From Planctomycetota bacterium (GTDB lineage: Bacteria; Planctomycetota; UBA1135; UBA2386): DNA of 64,000 nucleotides. The notes beneath the pieces are model-generated. The model did no database searches, had not been told where the DNA came from, and saw only the letters and a list, made by a program, of their open reading frames with translations. How positions within the stretch are numbered: position 1 is the first letter of the stretch; each line of letters starts with the position of its first letter. Positions 17,077-26,816 of this stretch are shown here, one piece after another. The stretch spans positions 136,631 to 200,630 of the forward strand of contig JACKIB010000004.1 in NCBI GenBank assembly GCA_020638695.1, given 5' to 3'. The translations under genes and the position numbers were made by a program.

Positions 17077-19128
17077 CTACAGGATGTCCAGCACGCCGGT
17101 GCCCGAAGTGGTGAGGGTCTCGACGGCCGACCGGTAGTTGATGTTCTGCGCCAGCTTCGCGCTCCACGGCAGGGGTTCCTTGTCGGCCACGCCGCCGAGC
17201 GCGACCGCGGCGAACGCGCGGCTGAGCGGCGTGAGGGAATCGTTGCACAGCATCTTCCGGAGCGGCTGGATGCTGTGCCGGTCGCCGATGAAGCTCAGTG
17301 CCGCGGCGATCGCGCTCAACTTGGCGAGGTTCGGTTGGGGGTCGCCCAGCATGTCGGTGAGCGTCTTGGTGACGGTGCGGTCGCCGAGCTTGCCGAGCGC
17401 GATCGCCGCCTGCTTGAGCAGGTCGGGACGTCGTACCGACTGCCGCACGACGTCGTGCACCAGCGTGCGGGCGCTGCCGTGGCGCATCAGCGCGAGACCG
17501 ATGCACAGGTAGCCGGCCAGCTCCTCCTTGGACTTGGCGTAGCGGTTCAGCAGTTCCATCATCTGGTCAGCCGCGTCCACCGAGCGGCACAGCCCCAGGG
17601 CGACGGCGAATGCACCCTGAGCGTCGGGGTTGCTGCCGTCCTTGAGCTGCTTCGCGAGTGCAAAGCCGATCGAGGAATCGCAAGCGGCCGACTTGTCGCG
17701 GTCCAGCCGGTGGAACTCGAGCACGCCGAGGGCGAGAGCCGCCCATGGACGCTCGAGCGACTTGCCGCCTTTCGACAGGACCCGCAGCAGCACAGCCCTG
17801 TTCTTGATCCCGCCGATCTGGCCTAGCGACATCAGGCTGAAGTACCGGGCCTGGTGGTCCTTGCCGGTGTGGAAGTAGTCCAGCAGTGCCTTGGAATAGC
17901 GGGCATCACCGGCATCGACCTCGCTCGGCTCTGCCAGCTGACCCAGTGCGATCGCCGCACCGCGGTAGATGTCGAGGCTGTCGCGCTTCTTCGGGTCGAG
18001 GTTGTTGAGGAAGATCTGCTTGAAGGTCTCGTGCCGTGCCGTGTTGCCGCGTCCCAAGAGCTTGGCAATCGAGGGCGGCACGTGCGACTTGATCAAGTCG
18101 ACGCTGCGGCCCGCTTTCTTGTTGTAGAACGCCATCATGGACCCGAGCACGTCGTCCAGCAGCTTCGCCTCCTTCTCCGGCAGGTTGCCATGGCCGATGT
18201 TCAGCAGCCCCATCCCGTTGACCGCAGCCACCAGGATGTTGCGATCCCGGTCCTGGTCTGTGGAGAGCAGCTTGTCGAACACGGTGAACACCTGTCGCTT
18301 GAGGTCGACGTTGGCGTCGCGGTGCGCGATCAGCCCGAGCGCGTAGCAGGCGAACGATCGGGTGCGGATGTCGACCTCGGCACGTCCGCACAGTTTGCGG
18401 CCAGCGCCGGTGTCGAGCGCGAGATCGGTCAAGTCCGGAACCGCCGCGACCATCCCCGAGATCCCCATCGCCAGCGCCGCGGTTTCGCGGATCTCCTGGT
18501 CGGGTCGCTTCAGGAACTTCTCGAAGATCGGCAGGATCGCAAAGTCCTTGTGATCACGTCCGATCTTGGCGAGCGCGACCACGCACGACGAGTTGATGTC
18601 GCGATCGTCGGTAGAGTCGAGGATGCGCTTGAGGGTCGGCAGGATGATGTTCTGGATGTCGGACTCGGCGGGCCGGGCAGTTTCCCGCGATGCGACACGC
18701 CGGTTCGGCCCGAGGTAGAACTCCTCGCCACCGGTCGTGATCTCGCCGGCGTCGAGTGCGTCGCGCAAGCGGATGAACCGGTCCTTGTTGAACTCCCACC
18801 AGAAGCTCCAACGGGTCAGGTCGTCGGTCAGCTGGATACCGCTGCGGGGAGTCTTCGGCCCGGTGCCCGAACCGGGCGGCCCCCCGGTCGGCGGTCCGTT
18901 CGGTGCTGCGGGGTTCGGAGTGTGTGGTCCGCTCGAACTCGGTGCGCCGGGCACGTGTGGTCCGGGAGTGATCGGACCGGGTCGGCCCGGGTTGCCGGGG
19001 TTGCGCGGGCGGGTGCCGGGCGGGACGGTGTCGCCGGGCCCACGGTAGATTCCGCCGTGCGCCGATCCGAGCTCGGCGAGGCCGAGCAGGCTTGCGCAGG
19101 CGAGACTCGAGAACAGCAGGTTGTTCAT
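17077..19128 (-). CDS. Secreted HEAT-repeat protein, paralog 1 (683 aa)
   Basis: ATG 19128 is preceded by GAGGAAG and gives the signal peptide MNNLLFSSLACASLLGLAELGSAHG. A ~70-aa Pro/Gly-rich linker, the motif LTDDLTRWSFWWEFNKDRFIRLRD and about 560 aa of HEAT-like repeats follow, ending GTGVLDIL. The 183 further in-frame upstream codons in the track lack coding character. Confidence 0.75.
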   Translation of the reverse strand: MNNLLFSSLACASLLGLAELGSAHGGIYRGPGDTVPPGTRPRNPGNPGRPGPITPGPHVPGAPSSSGPHTPNPAAPNGPPTGGPPGSGTGPKTPRSGIQLTDDLTRWSFWWEFNKDRFIRLRDALDAGEITTGGEEFYLGPNRRVASRETARPAESDIQNIILPTLKRILDSTDDRDINSSCVVALAKIGRDHKDFAILPIFEKFLKRPDQEIRETAALAMGISGMVAAVPDLTDLALDTGAGRKLCGRAEVDIRTRSFACYALGLIAHRDANVDLKRQVFTVFDKLLSTDQDRDRNILVAAVNGMGLLNIGHGNLPEKEAKLLDDVLGSMMAFYNKKAGRSVDLIKSHVPPSIAKLLGRGNTARHETFKQIFLNNLDPKKRDSLDIYRGAAIALGQLAEPSEVDAGDARYSKALLDYFHTGKDHQARYFSLMSLGQIGGIKNRAVLLRVLSKGGKSLERPWAALALGVLEFHRLDRDKSAACDSSIGFALAKQLKDGSNPDAQGAFAVALGLCRSVDAADQMMELLNRYAKSKEELAGYLCIGLALMRHGSARTLVHDVVRQSVRRPDLLKQAAIALGKLGDRTVTKTLTDMLGDPQPNLAKLSAIAAALSFIGDRHSIQPLRKMLCNDSLTPLSRAFAAVALGGVADKEPLPWSAKLAQNINYRSAVETLTTSGTGVLDIL

Positions 19129-19460
19129 CTGAGGGTCTTCCTCGAACGTGGATGCGCGCACCGAATCGGGGCGATCGGTTGTCACCGAGCTTCCGGTGCG
19201 TGTGGAACACCGCTGCCAAAGCAAGCGTGGTGCCACGACCGCTGCGACCGGTGAATCGTGTCGTACGCGCGATGCATGTAGGCACCGCGAAACAACTGCG
19301 CTCCCGACGGAGCAAGTAGCCGTGAGAACATGGAACTCCGGGTGCGTGGTCGGCGCGGGTCGCGGCGCCGGTTGCTGTTCGATGCACACGGTCATGCGGG
19401 CCGGTTCCCGATGTTCGGGACTCACTTGGATGGCCGAGTGTCTCGCCGTGACCCCTTCGC

Positions 19461-19480
19461 GGGCTAGGAGTCTGCGCCAC
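19461..19480 (+). repeat. Solo 20-nt fragment identical to the X/Z element junction
   Basis: GGGCTAGGAGTCTGCGCCAC is identical to 57509-57528 (end of X1 + CTAG + first 13 nt of the Z inverted repeat). Similarity stops on both sides. Confidence 0.5.
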
Positions 19481-19714
19481 GCGTGCTCGTAGCGAGTGCG
19501 TCGTGCAGGCGAAGTGCGTGATGCGCTGGCCTTCTCTCTGGGGTCAGTGGCAGACGACGTCTGCTGCGCAATGCCATGGCCCGCGGTCATGTCGGTACGC
19601 GCGCGGCTCGGCGCGGGAGATCGGCCCGGGGTTGCGCCAAAGAGCGAGGCCCAAGGCCTCTCGGCGCAGGCTGCCAATCGAGAACGCCACCTGCAGTGCG
19701 ACCGCCGTACACGA

Positions 19715-19745
19715 CGACGCCCCGCGGCTCGGCCGCGGGGCGTCG
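19715..19745 (-). terminator. Strong GC hairpin downstream of HEAT paralog 2
   Basis: CGACGCCCCGCGGC tcg GCCGCGGGGCGTCG: 14-bp perfect stem, 3-nt loop, about 38 nt beyond the stop at 19783-19785. No U-tract. Confidence 0.5.
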
Positions 19746-19782
19746 CGTCAGGGCCTGGCCCTGAGTTCGGTTGCGCTCCCGA

Positions 19783-21839
19783 CTACAGGATGTCGAGCAC
19801 GCCGGTGCCGGACTGCGTCAGGGTCTCGACCGATGCGCGGTAGTTCATGTTCTGCGCGATCTTCGAGTTCCAGGGCAGCGACTCCTTGTCGGCGACACCA
19901 CCCAGCGCCACCGCGGCGAACGCGCGGCTGAGCGTGGGCAGCGAATCGTTGTGCAGCATCTTCTTCAGCGGCTGAATGGTGCGGCGATCCCCGATGAAGC
20001 CCAGGGCCGAGGCGATGGCGCTCAGCTTGGCCAGGATCGGCTGCTTGTCTTCCAGCATGTCGGTCAGCGTCTTGGTGACGGTCCGGTCGCCCAGCTTGCC
20101 GAGCCCGATGGCAGCTTGCTTGAGCAGGTCCGGGCGCCGCACGGACTGGCGCACCACGTCGTGGATGAGCTCCTTGGCGCCGCTGTAGTTCATCAGCGCC
20201 AGGCCGATGCACAGGTAGCCGGCGAGCTCGTCCTTCGACTTCGAGTAGCGGGTCAACAGGTCCATCAGCTGGCTCGCGGAATCGGTGAAGCGGGACAGAC
20301 CCAGCGCCACGGCGAACGCCCCCTGGGCGTCCGGGTTGGTGCCTTCCTTGATCTGCTTGAGCAGCTCGAGGCCGACCGTGGTGTCGGTGGAGGCCGCCTT
20401 GTCGCCGTCCATCCGGTGGAACTCCATCACGCCGAGCGCCAGCGCCGCCCACGGCCGCTCCAGCGCCTTCTTGCCCTTCGACAGGACCTTCAGCAGTTCG
20501 TTCTTGTTGGTGGTGCCACCGATCTGGCCCATCGACATCAGGCTGAAGTACTTCGCCTGGTGGTCCTTGCCGCTCTTGAAGTAGTTGAGCAGCGCCTTGG
20601 AGTACTTGGCGTCCTTCTTGTTGACCTCGCCGGACTGGACCAGCTGACCCAGCGCGATGGCACAGCCCTGGTAGATCTCCAGACTGTCACGCTTCTTCGG
20701 GTTGAAGTCCTTGAGGAACGCCTCCTTGAAGGTGTTGTGACGATCCGTGTTGCCACGGCCCAACAGCTTGGCAACCGCCGGCGGCACGTGCGACTTGATC
20801 AGGTCGACGCTGCGCCCCGCCTTCTTGTTGTAGTAGGCCATCAAGGTCGCCAGCACGTCGTCGAGCAGCTTCGACTCCTTCTCCTGGAGGTTCTCCTTGC
20901 CGACGTTCAGCAGCGCCATGCCGTTGATCGCGGCGACCAGGATGTTGCGGTCGCGGTTCTTCTCGTCGCCGAGCACCTTCTTGAGCGCCTCGAACACCTG
21001 CCGCTTGAGGTCGACCTTGGCGTCGCGGTAGGCGATGAGGCCGAGTGCGTAGCAGGCGAACGAGCGGGTGCGGACATCGACTTCGGCGCGTCCGCACAGC
21101 TTGCGGCCGGCGTCGGTGTCGTGCGCCAGGTCGACCAGCGAGGGCACCGCGTTGACCATCCCGGAGATACCCATCGACAGCGCCGCGGTCTCGCGGATCT
21201 CCTGGTCGGGCTTCTTCAGGAACTGCTTGAAGATCGGCAGGATCGCGAACTCCTTGTGGTCACGGCCGATCTTGGCCATCGCGACCATGCACGAGGAGTT
21301 GATGTCGCGGTCGTCGGTGCTGTCGAGGGTCCGCTTCAGCGCCGGGAGAATGGTCTCCTGGATGTCCGAGTCGGACGGCTTGGCGGTGTCCTTCGACGCG
21401 ACGCGGCGGGTGGCGCCGAGGTAGAAGTCGTCCGAACCGGTGACCGTCTCGGCGGCGTGGATCGCATCGCGCAGGCGGATGAACGGGTCCTTGTTGAACT
21501 CCCACCAGAACGACCAGCGGCTGAGGTCATCGGTCAGCTGGATGCCGCGCGGTCCGGTCTTGGGACCACCGCCGGGGCCGGGGCCTGCGGGGCCGCCGGT
21601 CTGCGGGGCACCGGCGCCGCCGGGCCAGGGGGTGGGGCCGGCCGGCGCCGGGGCGCCAGGTGCGGACGGGCCAGGGTCACGGGACCGGGGACGCCGGCGG
21701 GACCGCCAGTGCGGCCGCCGCCCGGCTCGGCGGAACCGTATCGCCGGGGCCACGGTGCTTGGCCGCCGTGGGCCGAGCCGATCTCGGACAGGCCGAGCAG
21801 CGAGGCGCACGCGAGACTGGAGAGGAACAGCTTGTTCAT
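19783..21839 (-). pseudogene. Secreted HEAT-repeat protein, paralog 2, with the reading frame broken between signal peptide and body (or a sequencing error)
   Basis: ATG 21839 encodes MNKLFLSSLACASLLGLSEIGSAHGG in one frame (ORF 21534..21953). The body homologous to paralog 1 (IQLTDDLSRWSFWWEFNKDPF ... GTGVLDIL) is in another frame (ORF 19783..21810). 21839-19783+1 = 2057 nt, which is not a multiple of 3. Confidence 0.55.
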
Positions 21840-22073
21840 GGGTTGTGCGGTGTCTTGGAGGTTGGGGCGCCGCTCGAAGCCTCGGGAACGGTGCCGTCCG
21901 CGACCAGGAAGCAAGTCCGATGCCGTCGGATCACGCTGGCCACGAGATTCCAATTCTCCCCCGATCGGCCGCCAGCTACCAGGGTTGCGGGCCGTTCGCG
22001 CGCAGATCCGACGGCCGCTGACCGTCTCACCCCCGGATCACCGGGCGCGCGAGTGTTACCGAGCCGAAACGAC

Positions 22074-22104
22074 AGCGCCGCGACCACCCCCGTGTCGCGG
22101 CGCT
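22074..22104 (-). terminator. GC hairpin downstream of the transglutaminase-core gene
   Basis: AGCGCCGCGAC cacccccgt GTCGCGGCGCT: 11-bp perfect stem, about 65 nt beyond the stop at 22170-22172. Confidence 0.4.
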
Positions 22105-22169
22105 TCGGTGTGCCGTGTCGCGCAGCCGGTTTCGGCAGGCTGACCCGGCGGTTCACGCAGCAGGCCGGC

Positions 22170-24237
22170 CTACTTGCGGGCGAAGTTGATCGCCACGAAG
22201 CCGTCGGTCTGGTTGCCGACCTTGCCGACCAGGCGTCCGTTCTGCAGCGTGAACGAGCCCGAGTCGCCGTTCATCTGCTCGGTCGCCCCGGTGTCGAGGT
22301 AGGTCAGCACCTTGCGGGTGGTGGTGATCTGCAGGCCGTTGCCGTTCTGCGTGCCGGTGCCGACCGATTGGACGCGAACCCGGATCACACCGCCCTGCCC
22401 GTTCGGCACCGCTGCCTGGGCCACGGCGGTGAACGAGTAGGAGCCGCGGCCGGTCGCTTGGAACTTGATCGCCGCGCCGTAGGACACCTGCTGCCCGCCG
22501 ACGTTCTCGGTCACGGTGCCCGACCAAGTGCCGGCGAAGTCGTTGCCCTGACCCTGCCCCGCGCCGGTGTCGGGACCTGCGCCCTGGCCGTAGAGCTTCT
22601 CCTCGCCCTGGCAGTGCTCCAGCAGTTTCCACTGCTTGGCGATGTCCGCCGGCAGCTCCGGGAGCTCGGGGTTGGAGATGCCGCGGGTCCACAGGTCTTG
22701 CAGGTCGAGCAGGTGGATGCGGCCGTCGCGGGACCACTTCTGCAGGTTCTTGATGCCCTTGTCGAGCACCGCCTCGAACAGGTGGGTGCCGCCGTGGCGC
22801 AGGCCGCCGGCGACGCCGGTGGACTCGATGCCGATCAGCGTGCCCGACGGGACGCGGAACACCGGGAAGCAGTGGCCGGGGACCAGCGCGAGGTAGCTGC
22901 GGATGCCGACCGAGTTGGCCATCGCGGCATACAGGATCGCCAGGTCGATGCAGGTGCCGGAGCGCTTGCGGATGGTCTCGCGCGGATACTGCAGGCTCTG
23001 CGCCGATTGCGGGTCGAACGCCACCGAGCGGTCGATCAGGCCCTCGGGTGCTGGTAGGTGAACTCGTTCACCTGCATCAGCCGGTAGATCTCGCCGAGCA
23101 CCTTCAGGCAGTTCTTGTCGTTGTCGGAGGCGCCGACCCCGCCGGCGCGGCGGTTGGCCATCGAGGCGAACTCGGAGACGATCTTGTCGTCGCGCGACAC
23201 CCAGGCGGCGACGAACGGCGCGTTGGCGTGCGCCTCGTGCCAGGTGCCGAACGACTCGTCACCCTTGATGTCGGAGAACAAGAACGAGCGGTGGCCGAGC
23301 ACCACCAGGCGACGGCCGTCGCTGCTGGTCTGCTTCTGTCCGGCGTCGTCGGTGCTCTCCACTCCACCAGCAAGTTGGCCGGGGTGTTGGAGGTCAGGGT
23401 GGCGATCTTCGCCTCGAGCACCGGGTAGTAGGGAGCGACCACGGTCTGGTCGGGGACCAGCTCGGCGAAGCTCTGCCACAGGCTCCAGTCGGAGTAGCCG
23501 CTGAGGCGGAAGCGGACGCGCAGGTCCTTGATGACGCTGCTGCCGGAGTTCTTGAAGGTCGACTTGGCGACCCACATGGCGGCGAAGTCGGTGCCGAGGC
23601 CGTAGACCTTGTAGAGCGCGCTCATCAGGCGATCCTTGGTGCGCAGCTTCTGGCCGAGAGCGGCAGGTCCGGCCTTGGCCTCGCGCTCGAGGGTGTAGGT
23701 CAGCGTGCGTTCGCTGTTGTCGAAGCGCGCCTCCTTGGCGCCCTTGGGCAGGTGGTAGAGGACCTTGCCCTTGTAGGCGATGCCACCCGGCCAGGTGCCG
23801 GACTCGACGAAGTAGCCGACGGTGCCCTCGGCCTCGTTGGCCAGGTTGATGAAGTCGATGCCGCGAGCGAACGGCAGCACCCAACGGCCGCCGCCGAGGT
23901 TGCGCATCGCGCCGCGCTGGGTCATCTCGAGGATCACGGACGACTTGGCGTCCTCGTAGCGGGCGCTGGTGTCGGTGATCTCGACGTCGCTGCGGGTGCC
24001 GGAGAAGTCGCGGACGTAGCGGAATGCGTTGGGGTTCTCGCCCTTGACGCGGGTGTAGTCGGCGGCGGAGAAGCGGATCTGGATCTTGGCGACGCCGTCC
24101 CCGTTGGGCAGCAGGCGGATCGATCCTTCGAGCTGCACGTTGCCGCGAGCCGGCCCGTCCTGGGCGATGGCGGGGGCGGCGAGCAGGGAGAGTGCGGCGA
24201 CAGTCGAGAGCAGGGCGTTGCGGGTCGGGGTGTTCAT
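22170..24237 (-). pseudogene. Large secreted transglutaminase-core protein, split over three frames by two single-base frameshifts (or sequencing errors)
   Basis: ATG 24237 gives the signal MNTPTRNALLSTVAALSLLAAPAIAQD. The sensible translation runs in ORF 23104..24333 down to ..ANLLVEW (~23359), continues in ORF 23036..24277 (ESTDDAGQKQ..EFTYQHP) and then in ORF 22170..23024 (GLIDRSVAFDPQ..RKRSGTCIDLAILYAAMANSVGIRSYLALVPGHCFP, the Cys/His transglutaminase-like core). Confidence 0.55.
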
Positions 24238-24432
24238 GGCTTGGTAGGGGCCGTTTCCGGCGATCTGCGGTAGCCACGCTTGTTTCGGTCGTGACCCCTC
24301 ACGGAACTCGCAAAAAACCGCCGGATCGGTCACTGCAAGATTGTCGGGGTTCGGTCCGGGGCGAAAGTCGCGACGCGGGAAACCCCACTGCCGCGGGCCC
24401 GGTCTGGGCTGCGCACCTGGCGCGGGCCCGGG

Positions 24433-25269
24433 TCAGCGGCCCTTGCCGAGGACCCGGGTCAGCCGCCGGACCACCGCCGGGCTGCCCGCCAGGCTGGGGT
24501 AGTGCCGGTCGGGGTCGTAGTCGCGCAGCGGGAAGATCGGCTTGCCCAGCCAGTCGGTGAAGGCGCCCCCGGCCTCGCACACGATCAACCCGGCTGCCGC
24601 GAAATCCCACAGCTTGCCCTGTTCCTGCACGTTCCCGTCCATCCGACCGACCGCGACGTCGCACAGCTGACTGACCGTGCACCCCATGTTGCGCAGCCGC
24701 GCACCGGTGGTCGCGAGTTTGCTCACGAACTCCAACCGGCGCTTCCCCCGGTGCCACTGCGCACCCAGAATCGACGCGTCGTCGAGCCGCTGCACCGCCG
24801 GCATCCCGAGAGGTCGGCGCCCGCAATGGGCTCCCAACCCGAGAGCCGCACTGTAGATGCGATCCTCCGGAAAACAATGAACCGCCGCGGCGAGCGGTTG
24901 GCCACCGCGGAGGCAGGCCACCGAAGTGGCGAACACCGGCAGCCCGCGGCCGAAATTGCTGGTGCCATCGATCGGATCGAGGATCCACACCAGTTCGGCA
25001 TCCAGTCGCTGAGCCGGGCGCTCTTCGCCGAGCACGCCGTGGTCCGGGTGCGCCGCGAGGATGCATTCGCGCATCGCCAATTCGGCGTCGAGGTCGATCG
25101 CAGTCACGAAGTCACCGACACCCTTGCGGCGCATCGCGACTCCGGTGGTGCGGTGTCGTCGGCGCACGATCTCGGCGGCGGCCGTGGCGGCCGCTCGGGC
25201 GGTGCGCAGCAGCGCACGGATTCGTTGCGGGCTCGGTAGGCTGGACCGAGTAGGGTGAGGGCGCGGCAT
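24433..25269 (-). CDS. suhB: Inositol monophosphatase family protein (SuhB/CysQ-like)
   Basis: Motifs DFVTAIDLDAE, LGEE, WILDPIDGTSNF and WDFAAG, typical of the IMPase fold. Confidence 0.85.
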   Translation of the reverse strand: MPRPHPTRSSLPSPQRIRALLRTARAAATAAAEIVRRRHRTTGVAMRRKGVGDFVTAIDLDAELAMRECILAAHPDHGVLGEERPAQRLDAELVWILDPIDGTSNFGRGLPVFATSVACLRGGQPLAAAVHCFPEDRIYSAALGLGAHCGRRPLGMPAVQRLDDASILGAQWHRGKRRLEFVSKLATTGARLRNMGCTVSQLCDVAVGRMDGNVQEQGKLWDFAAAGLIVCEAGGAFTDWLGKPIFPLRDYDPDRHYPSLAGSPAVVRRLTRVLGKGR

Positions 25270-25319
25270 GGGAGCTCGGGGTTCCGGGTTCGCGTCGCGC
25301 GCACACTACCCCGCAGCAC

Positions 25320-26816
25320 ATGACGAAGACCATCCGAATCGCGCTTCCGCTGGCGCTCTCGGTCATGCCGTGGGCGGCCTGTTCCGGACCGCGAGGCAAC
25401 GAACGCCTGGCCCCGGCCGAGCTGCCCGAATGGAGTGGCGGAACCCGCGGACCGGGTGCTGCGGACGGCACGCCCCGGCCCGCGCCGGGGGCTGCCGCGG
25501 CTCGGCCGGAGGTCTTTCCGCCGGTGCCCGAAGCCGCGGTCGCACAAGCCGACCTGCTGCCATTCCTGCGCGAACGCAGCCAGAAAGCTGGTGAGGCGGG
25601 GCTGCGCGGCGTGCAGCCCGGCCTGACCCTGGTCGAACGCCTGCGCTACTGCTGGGCGCGGGTCGAACTCCGGGAGTCGGACGCGGTGCGGCCCGAGTTG
25701 GAGCGGCTGGAGCGAGCGCACCCCAGCAACCCCGCAGTGTGGGTCGTGCTCGTCCGCTACCACGAGCTGAACGATCGGGCGGACGCGGCGATCGCGGCAG
25801 CGCGTCGCGTGGTCGAGTTGGAGCGGCCGACCGGCTTCGCGCGCTTCCCCGAGGCGCCGACGACCCTGGGTCGCATGCTGCTGCGCACCACCGCCACGCG
25901 CGACGAGGGACGGCGGTTGCTGCACCAGTTGGTGCTCGAAGCCAAGGACCCGGTGGATGCCGCGATCGATCTCGCCAACGACTACTTGATCGAGGAGGAG
26001 AACGCGCAAGTCGAGGCGGTGCTGGTGCGCGCCCGGGAGCGCGCTCCGGACTCCAAGGAGCTGATCCGGGGGTTGGCGGCCCACTGCGTGCGGATGTTCG
26101 AACCGAAGCGGGCGATCGAGCTGCTCGGACCGCTGGCCCAGCAACCACCGACCGACCCGGCGGTGGAGTATCAGCTCACGCAGGCGATGTTCCTGGCCGG
26201 CGACTACGCGGGCACGCTGAAACACGTCGAGGTGCTACTGGGTCGCACCGATCGCTCGCCCGACGAACGCGCCGAGCTGGTGGAGTTGCGCGAGTGGGCG
26301 CTCGATGCCAAGCGCGCCGGCAAGCAGCTCTGGCGCCTGTGGGAGTGTCTTGCGATTCTGCGTGGCCACCCGTCGCTCGACCTCCGCTGTCAGGTGCTCG
26401 CGAAGCTCAGCCAGGACAAGAGCCCGGTCGTGGCCGAACGCGCGCTGTTCGTCGCCGACCGGACCGGGTGCACCCCGCTGCGCGTGCTGGCGCTGGTGTG
26501 TCGGCTGCGGCGGGTGAAGGATCCGATGCCGGAACTCGAGGCCGGGTTGCGCGACCGCCAGCACGAGGTCAGGGCGAAGGCAGCCGAGCTGCTGCCGAAG
26601 GTCTGGGGGCAGTTGGCGGACCGCCAGAGCCGCGTCGCCATGCTCAGTGACTTGGTGCTCGGGTGCATGGCCGCCGAGCAGAACAGCTATGCGTTCCGCA
26701 TGATGCACCACGCCATGCAGGCGTTGTCCGGCCGTGAGGTGCCGTTGCCGTTCGGCGCCTGTGCGGACCCGGCGCAGCGCCGCGAGATCGTGACTGCGTG
26801 GAGGAACGGACGATGA
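25320..26816 (+). CDS. TPR/HEAT-repeat lipoprotein
   Basis: Signal and lipobox MTKTIRIALPLALSVMPWAAC, followed by TPR-like helices and C-terminal HEAT-like repeats (VRAKAAELLPKV). The stop overlaps the galE start (ATGA). Confidence 0.6.
   Translation: MTKTIRIALPLALSVMPWAACSGPRGNERLAPAELPEWSGGTRGPGAADGTPRPAPGAAAARPEVFPPVPEAAVAQADLLPFLRERSQKAGEAGLRGVQPGLTLVERLRYCWARVELRESDAVRPELERLERAHPSNPAVWVVLVRYHELNDRADAAIAAARRVVELERPTGFARFPEAPTTLGRMLLRTTATRDEGRRLLHQLVLEAKDPVDAAIDLANDYLIEEENAQVEAVLVRARERAPDSKELIRGLAAHCVRMFEPKRAIELLGPLAQQPPTDPAVEYQLTQAMFLAGDYAGTLKHVEVLLGRTDRSPDERAELVELREWALDAKRAGKQLWRLWECLAILRGHPSLDLRCQVLAKLSQDKSPVVAERALFVADRTGCTPLRVLALVCRLRRVKDPMPELEAGLRDRQHEVRAKAAELLPKVWGQLADRQSRVAMLSDLVLGCMAAEQNSYAFRMMHHAMQALSGREVPLPFGACADPAQRREIVTAWRNGR

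Noticed and set aside
17854-22143. Long plus-strand ORFs (17854..19254, 19771..22143) antisense to the HEAT paralogs
   Set aside because: They mirror the minus-strand genes codon for codon. The minus-strand products have signal peptides, repeats and paralog conservation, and the plus-strand products have none.
17077-24237. PEP-CTERM sorting signals on the secreted HEAT and transglutaminase proteins, as candidate exosortase substrates
   Set aside because: Their C-termini (..SGTGVLDIL, ..GFVAINFARK) lack the PEP motif, a hydrophobic helix and a basic tail.
24311-24330. Intrinsic terminator after the suhB-like gene (the only T6 run seen, minus strand)
   Set aside because: The preceding stem is only 4 bp (ACCG/CGGT), which is too weak to call.
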